Assembly (NCBI GenBank): GCA_014905635.1
Contig: JABVCE010000044.1
Coordinates: 62,001 to 126,000, forward strand
Length of the DNA: 64,000 nucleotides
From: Scenedesmus sp. PABB004
Lineage: Eukaryota
Direction of reading: 5' to 3'
Translations under genes and position numbers: made by a program
Shown: piece by piece, positions 57,080 to 64,000 of the stretch
Layout: each line of letters starts with the position of its first letter
Numbering within the stretch: the first letter of the stretch is position 1
Notes under the pieces: generated by a model
The model's input: only the letters and a program-made list of their open reading frames with translations
Told to the model about the DNA's origin: nothing
Database searches by the model: none

Positions 57080-59590
57080 ATGGCGAGTCCCTCCTTCCCG
57101 GGGGCGAGCCGCTGCGCCGGCCCAGCCGCGCGCGCCCCGGCGCCCGCGGCGCCGCGGCGGCGCGCTGCGCTCCTGCTGCTCGCGCTCGCGCTCGCGCGGG
57201 CGGCGGCTGCGACGACGCAGGACGCGTACGCAGGTGCGGCTCGCGTGGTCGGGCCACTCCGCTCCCGGCAGCGCCGCCCGACCAGCGGCCAGGGCGCGCC
57301 AGCCGCGCCCGGCGTGCGCGCGCCGTGTCGCGGCCGGGCCCACACCTCGCCCGTGGCGCCGCGCGGCTCCGCGGCGCGCGCGCCCGCGCGCAGGCGAGCT
57401 GCAGCAGACGGCGGTGCACCGCAAGGAGGGGGCGCGGCATGAGCACGGGCGGGGCGGCAACGGCACGGCGGAGGCGTCGCACGTGCAGCTGTTCCACCTG
57501 CGCCGCCGCTCCGGCGAGCTCGTGCGGCTCCACTTCACACAGCCCCCCACGCAGGCGCGCAGCGGGCCGCGCCGCGCGCTCAGCGCGCGAAGCGTGACGC
57601 GCCGCGCTGGCCGCGCGCCGACGGCGCCGGCCCCCACCGCCGCACGCAGGTGCCGCGCAGCGGCGCGCACGTCGTCGTGCAGACGCAGCCGCGCGAGGCG
57701 TGCGGCCTGGCCTCCGACGCCGCGGGCCTGTGCGTTGCGAGCATCAGCACGCAAGAGGGTGCGCCGCCGGGCGCTGCCGGGGCCCAACCCCTGCCAGCGC
57801 CCACGCGCGCGCCGCGGCGCGCGCCAGGGGCCCTGACCGCCGCACGCTGCCCGCGCGCCGCCCGCCTCTAGAGGCGCCGCGCGACGTCTTTCTGCCGGAC
57901 CAGCCGCGCGGCGAGGTGAAGATGAAAGCCCTGGTCATGCAGCTGCAGGCGCGGCGCAGCAGCCGCCGGCTCGGGGCGCCCGCGCGCGGCCCACCGACGC
58001 GGCCCACCGACGCGGCCCGCCGACGCGGCCGCCCTGCCGGGCCTCGGGCGGCGCCAGGTGTGCGGGGAGGGCCCCGCGACCACCCCCGAGAACCTCACCG
58101 CCGCGCTGTTCGAGGGCCAGCCCGGCAGCCCCGCGCAGACGGTGGAGGGCATGCTGCGGTCGTGCTCCTACAGCGCCGCCGAGTTCAGCCTCGCCCTCGG
58201 CAGCCGCGTCGTCGCCGCGGTCGTGCCCATCCCCTGCACCGGCAAGACGCCCTGGGGCGCCGCGTACGACAGCGCGGCCTGCCCCTTCACGGGTGCGCGC
58301 GCCCGCCGCCGCCGCGCCGGCCGCCGCCCGGCCGCCGCCCCGAGCCCGCCGCCCTTGCCTCGCCGCCCTTCGCCTCGCCGCCCGGCCGCCGCCGCGGACC
58401 GCGCGCAGAGTGGTCGGACGTTGCCAACGAGTACGTGCGCACCGTGCTGGGCATCGAGTGGAGCGAGTACAAGTACAAGGTCTACGTGGTGCCCCCCGGC
58501 GACCTCTGCGCCTGGGGCGGCATGGGCTGGGTCGGCTGCCGCGACGACTGCCGCGCCTGGGTCAGCGGCGACCTCTGGCAGGCGCGCGCGGCGCCGGCGC
58601 CGGCGCCGGCGGCGAGCCCCTCGCGCGCGCGCCCCGCCGCGCCCCGCCCCACCCCGCGCGCCGCGCGCGCGCCCTGCGACCGTGCAGTTTCCCACCACCT
58701 GGCTGCACGAGCTTGGGCACAACCTTTACTTAAACCATGCGGGCAGCTTCCAGGCGCCCCCCGGCGGCGGCGCGCCGGCGTACGTCGCCTACAAGGACGA
58801 CAGCGGCGCGATGGGGCACTGCTGCAGCACGCGCTGCTTCAACGCGCCGCACAGCTTCCAGCTCGGCTGGAGCCGCCCCATCGACGTGCTCACCAAGGAC
58901 AGCCTGCCGCCGGGTGCGGCCGGCCGCGCGCGTGCGGCGGCGGCGGCTGGCGCTCGGCGGCCCACGCGCCACCGCCGCACGCGCGCCACGCCGCGCGGCG
59001 CGCAGGCGAGTGGCGGAGCTTCACTCTGCCGCCGCGCGCGGGGCCGGGCGCGGCCGCGGCCAACCTGCTGCGCGTCCGCGGCGACTGGGCGGGCGAGGCC
59101 TCGGGGCACAACCTCTTCTTAGAGTATCGGTGAGGTTGAGCGCCGCGTGTGGGCCGGCGGCGCGCCGCACGCCGCGCCGGGGCGGGGGCGGGGCGGGTCC
59201 GACGCCGCGCCCGCCGACCGCCGCCCGCGCCGCGCGCGCCGCCGCGGCGCCGCCAGGCGCGGCGCCGACTATGACGGCGGGCTGCTCGGCAGCGTGCGGG
59301 ACAAGGTGACGCTCTACAGCACGCCCGTGGGCGACGCGATGCCGTTCACGACGCTCGAGGGCGCGGTGGGGGCGCACCAGATGCTGACTGAGTCGCGGCT
59401 CGGCTCGCGGCTCGCGGTCTGGGTCGGCGACGCGGGCGCCGCCGGCGCGGCCGTGCGCGTGTGCCGCCCCGCGGCCGAGCGCGAGGCCGACTGCGGCGAC
59501 GGCCGCGACGACGACTGCGACGGGCTCACCGACGGCGAGGACCCCGACTGCGCGCCCGCGCTCTCGCGGCGCCTGCTGCTCCAGCTCTAG
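57080..59590 (+). CDS. Gametolysin-family (peptidase M11) secreted metalloprotease
   Basis: Signal peptide; CSY, CAWGGMGWVGC, HELGHNLYLNH (HEXXHXXXXXH), YKDDSGAMG (Met-turn), CFNAPHSFQLGW. Confidence 0.9.
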
Positions 59591-60132
59591 CCTGCGCCAG
59601 CGGCAGTGTTTCATCATCATAAGCAGGGCGGCGAGATTTCAGCGTCAGAGCCGGCGCGCGGCCCTTTTTGTTCGTGCAGAGCGCGCACCGACGGCGCGTG
59701 TACAGTGCAGCGGCGGTGTGCAGCGCGGCGAGGGGGGGGGGGGAGATTGTTGCGGCCACAGCGCCCTCAGCGCCGGCCCAAGGCCTGCCGCGACGCCCCG
59801 CACGCCATCGCGTGCGGTGCGCTGGATCGCTTCCTGCAGGCGGTGCTGTTCCTTGTTGTGCTTTGATTATTTATTCATATTGCCTGGCGCGAGCCGGGCC
59901 TGTCCGCGCGGATACCCGTGCGGCGCCCGGCGCGCGCGTTGCAACAGCGGTGACGTCGGCTGGTGAACCGCCGCTGATCGCTCGTTGTTTTATCCCTCCG
60001 TGGCGCCGGCGGCAGGTAGAGAGCGCCGAGCCCCGCAAGCCGGCAGCAGCGGCAGCAGCATCGCAGGCGGCCGATGGCTGCGGGCTGAGTTGCGGGCGCC
60101 CGCGCGGGCAGCAGCAGCGGCCGGCGGCGGCG

Positions 60133-61202
60133 ATGGCGTCGCAGGATGCAGCCGTGGCCTACTACTTTGCGGCCGTGTCGGCGGCGTGCGTGGCGCAGGG
60201 CGCCACGCTGGCGCTGAGCTGGCGCGGCAGGGCGGCGGCGGCGGTCGCCGATGCAGCGCCGGGCGGCCCGCCCGAGAACTACGAGCACAAGTACAGGTGA
60301 CCGCCGGCGAGCTGCCCGCTCTCCGGCCATGGAGCGCGTCCGACGCCGCCGCGCCTGGGTCGCAGGGGCTTCAAGTACGGCCGCACAGCCGCCTTCGCCG
60401 CGCTCACGCTGCTCCAGCTCGGCCTCACCGGCTGGCGCTGCGCGGCGCACTGGGGGGGCCTCAGCCCCATCGACTGGGCCAACCTCCTGGTCCTGGCCGC
60501 CTACAGCGGCACGCTGGTGCGCGCGGGGCGGGCGGCGGGCGCTCGCGCAGGGACAGCAACCGCAGCGCGGCGCGCAGCAGGCGGCGGCGGCGGCGAGCCG
60601 GCGGCGGCGACAAGCCGATGCGGCCGCCGCCGCAGGTGGTGCTGGTGCGCACGTGGCCGTGGCAGCTGTCGCTGCGGCTGAGCGGCGTGCTGCTGCTGGC
60701 GCTGCTCGAGCCGGGGCTGCTCTTTGCGGAAGACGTGACTGTGGTCCAGCCGGGCGGCGCGCTCGACGCGGAGCACGTCGCGCGGTGCGGCCGCGTTCGG
60801 CAGCGGCACGGGGGCGCCGCACGGCGCGGCCGGGTCGGCGGCAGGCACCCGCCGCCGCCGCCGCCTCGGCCGACTGCAGTGCCTGCCGCCGCCGCCCGCA
60901 GCGTCGTCGTGCACGGCGTGCAGCTGGTGCTGCTGCTCGGGCTGGTCATTGCCGAGCTCATCATCCAGCAGCACCAGCTCCTGCAGCGCAGCACGTTTGT
61001 GACCAGCGGCGCGGCGGCGGGCCTCGCGGCGCGCCTCAATGGCGCGAGCCCCAGCGCCGCGGCCGCTGCGGCCGCCGCCGCGGCGCGCGGCAGCGGCGGC
61101 TTCTTCGGCTGGGGCGCAGCGCCGGGCGGCTACGAGCGCCTGCCGAGCGACGCAGAGGAGGGCAAGCCGCGCCGCGTGCCGCGCCTCTGGTGCGCGCGCC
61201 GC

Positions 61203-61236
<34 letters not shown>

Positions 61237-64000
61237 GCGCGGGGGCCGGCCGCCGCACCGCCGCTCACGCGCGCGCCCTGCCTCCCCGCCGCCGCCGCCA
61301 CACCGCGCCGCGCGTGCCGCCGCGCAGGCAGCCCGGCGACAGCCGCTGGGCCATGGCGGCGAGCGCGTTCAGCTTTGTGTGGCCCTCCACGCCCATCCTG
61401 CGCGCGCGGCTCGCCGCCTGCCTGCTGCTCATCCTCGCCGAGCGCGCCATCAACCTCGCCGCGCCCATCGCGTTCAAGCACATGGTCGAGGCGCTCAGCG
61501 ACGTCACAGCCGCCGCGGCGGCGGCCGCCGCGGACCCCGCCGCCGGCGGAGCCGGCGGCGCCGGCGGCGGCGACGGCGACGGCGGCGGCGGTGCCGCGCC
61601 CGGCGGGCGCCTGCTGCGCGCGCTGCTCGCGGCCGCGGCGGCGGGCGGCGCGGCGCCGAGCGCGGCGGCGCGGGCCGCGCTCGCGGCCGCGTCGGCCGCG
61701 GCGGCGCGCGGCGGCGGCGCGGGCGGCGGGCTGGTGGGGCTGGTGGGGCTGGTCGCTCCCTTCTGGGGCCTGTTCTACCCCTGGGTGCTCGTCTACCTCG
61801 CCGCATTCCTGCTGCGCGGCGGCAGCGGCGCGGAGGGCCTGCTGGCCAACGTGCGGGACCTGCTCTGGATCCCAATCACCCAGGTGGGCGGTGCGGCGCA
61901 AGGCGGCGGCCTGCGCACCTGCGCCTGCGCCGCGCCCGCGCGCCGCCGCGCCGGCCGGCGCCCGCGCCGCACCCGCGCGCCGCACCCACGCGCCGCGCGC
62001 CGCGCCGCGAGTCGCGCCAGGCCGCGTTTTGCCGCATCAGCTGCGACGTGTTTGGGCACCTCCTCGCGCTCGACCTCCACTTCCACGTCCACCGCCGCAC
62101 GGGGCAGATCATGCGCATCCTCGACCGCGGCACCAGCAGCATACAGGCGCGGCGTGCAGGGGCGCAGGGGGCGCCGCCGGGGGTGCTGGGCGCGGCGGCG
62201 GGCGGCGGCGGGCTCGCCGGGGGCGGCGGCCGCGCCCGCGCCCGGCGCGCGCCCGGCGCGCGCGCGGCGCCGGCGTGCCGGCCGCCCACAGCCCCCCGCG
62301 GCGGCGGCGGCGGCGCGCAGGACACGGTCGAGGTGGTGCTGTTCAACGTGCTGCCGCAGCTCGTCGACATCGCCGTCGCGGTGGCCTACCTCGCCGCCGC
62401 GATGGCGCCCTGGGTCGGCGGCATCGTGCTCGTCACCGTCGGCGCCTACGTCCCGCTCACCATCTGCATCACCGAGCGCCGCGGCCGGGTGCGCGCGCCG
62501 CGCCGCCGCGCCGTGCCCACGCGCGCTGCGCCGCGCCGCCGCGCCGCGCGCTGTGCCGTCGCGCCCACGCGAGCCGGCTTCCACGAACCGCCCACCCACC
62601 CACCCACCCACCCACCCACCCACCCACCCACCCACCCACCCACCCACCCACCCACCCACCCACCCACCCACCCACCCACCCACCCACCCACACGCCCCCG
62701 CCCCCCCCCCCAACACAAAAGGTGCGCAAGGTGATGAACGCGCTGGACAATGCGCGCGAGGGCCGCGCGACCGACGTGCTGCTCAACTACGAGACCGTCA
62801 AGATCTTTGGCGCGGAGGGCCTCGAGCTGCGCGGCTTCCACGACGCGACGACGCGCTACCAGGCGCGGCGGGCGGGCGGGGCAGGACTTGTTTGGGGGGA
62901 GGGGTTTGGGGAGGGGTGGGCAGGGGAGGGAGGGCGCAGGGCGCGGAGCACGCAGGGCGCGCGGCGCCCCCGGCTGACCGCCGGCTGATCCCCGCCGGCG
63001 CTGCCTGGTGTGTGCGTGACGTGTGGCGTGTGCCCCACCCGACACCCGGCGCAGGCGGCCGAGTACTGGCAGCTCGCGTTCCTGAGCCTGCTGAGCATGG
63101 TGCAGTCGGCGGTCGTGTGGCTCGGCCTCGCCGCGGGGCTGGTCGTGTGCGTGTGGGGCGCGAGCCGCGGCAGCCTCACCGTCGGCGACACGGTGCGCGC
63201 ACGCGCGCGCGCGCAGGGCAGGGCAGGGGGCGGGGGCTGTCCGCCGCGCCGCGCAGCGCGCGCGCGCCGCACGTCCGCGGTCAACCCCCCCCCCCCCCCC
63301 CCCTCCCCCCCCGCGTGGGGTGTTGGTGTGCCCTCTCCTCGCCCTGGTGTCACGTGTCACATGCCCCTGGTGTCACGTGTCACATGCCCCTGGTGTCACG
63401 TGTCACGTGCCCCCCCCCCCCCCCCCCCACACACACACGTGCCCCCCCCCCCCACACACACACGCAGGTCCTGTTCCTGACCATGATGTCGCAGCTGTAC
63501 GTCCCGCTCACCTACTTTGGCAGCTACTACAGACAGGCGCGGCCGCCCCGGCCCGACCCGCCGCGGGGCGCACGCGCCGCCGCCGCCAGCCTGCTGGGGC
63601 GCCGCCCCAAAGCACACACCCACCCACCCGCCCACCCACCCACCCACCCGCCCACCCACCCACCCACCCGCCCACCCACATGCCCCCCCCCCATAAAACA
63701 CCCCCGCCCCCCAGGTGACCAAGGCGCTCATCGACATGGAGAACATGTTTGAGCTCCTCGCCACAGCGCCGCGCGTCACCGACGCCCCCGGCGCGCGCCG
63801 CCTCGCCGTCACCGAGGGCCGCGTCGACTTCAGGGAGGTGCGCGGGACGCGCCCGCGCCCGGCCGCCACGCCACGCCACGCCGCGCGCGGCGCGCGCGGC
63901 GGCGCCCGGCGCTGCGCGGCCGCGCGCGCTCGCTCCCTCCGCGCCCGCCGCGCCACACACGAGCCGCCGCGCCGCGCCGCGCCCCCCCCCCCCCCCCTCA
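60133..64000 (+). CDS. ABCB half-transporter, HMT1/ABCB6/ATM-like, with extra N-terminal membrane domain (runs off the window)
   Basis: FVWP, ERAINLAAP, RDLLWIPITQ, FGHLLALDLHFHVHRRTGQIMRILDRGTSSIQ, DVLLNYETVKIF, LTVGD.VLF..QLYVPLTYFGSYYR, ALIDMENMFELL. Confidence 0.93.
62591..62690. repeat. (CCCA)n microsatellite in an intron (similar tract at ~63617-63680)
   Basis: Directly visible in the sequence. Confidence 0.95.
63342..63410. repeat. 3x 23-bp tandem repeat CCCTGGTGTCACGTGTCACATGC in an intron
   Basis: Directly visible; each unit contains CACGTG. Confidence 0.9.

Noticed and set aside
1..64000. tRNA, rRNA or snoRNA genes (including in the SNU13 intron)
   Set aside because: None recognisable by eye; tRNAscan-SE and Infernal would be needed to exclude them.

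Overview
Extremely GC-rich, intron-dense nuclear DNA of a green alga. Chlorophyte origin is inferred from the gametolysin M11 peptidase, thylakoid FKBP18, IFT57 and short GC-rich introns. Most ORFs in the six-frame track are GC-driven artefacts, so I reconstructed about 21 spliced genes by eye: a small secreted/GPI-like protein, TBC Rab-GAP, ankyrin-RING E3, cyclin, a 9.2-kb repeat-built secreted protein, APC2, an orphan coiled-coil protein, Aladin, SNU13, an Apple/cyclophilin-like protein, a plastid EF-hand protein, a polytopic membrane protein, an HXXXD acyltransferase, IFT57, a PIH1 protein, SNRNP27, COA6, a CELF-like RRM protein, a tandem USP protein, FKBP18, peptidase M11 and the 5' part of an ABCB half-transporter. 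Main points: (1) a secreted protein built from three copies of a bacterial-type uncharacterised domain and three DNRLRE-like modules, with intron gain/loss and homogenisation between repeats; (2) COA6 and SNRNP27 only 27 nt apart and in frame, a likely bicistronic locus; (3) a 26.3-29.0 kb mosaic of fragments copied from neighbouring genes, carrying a truncated LINE-like insert with a target-site duplication and followed by a ~1.1-kb fold-back; (4) an unusually high number of GC-AG introns. CDS coordinates span introns, and family calls come from motif recognition rather than database searches.
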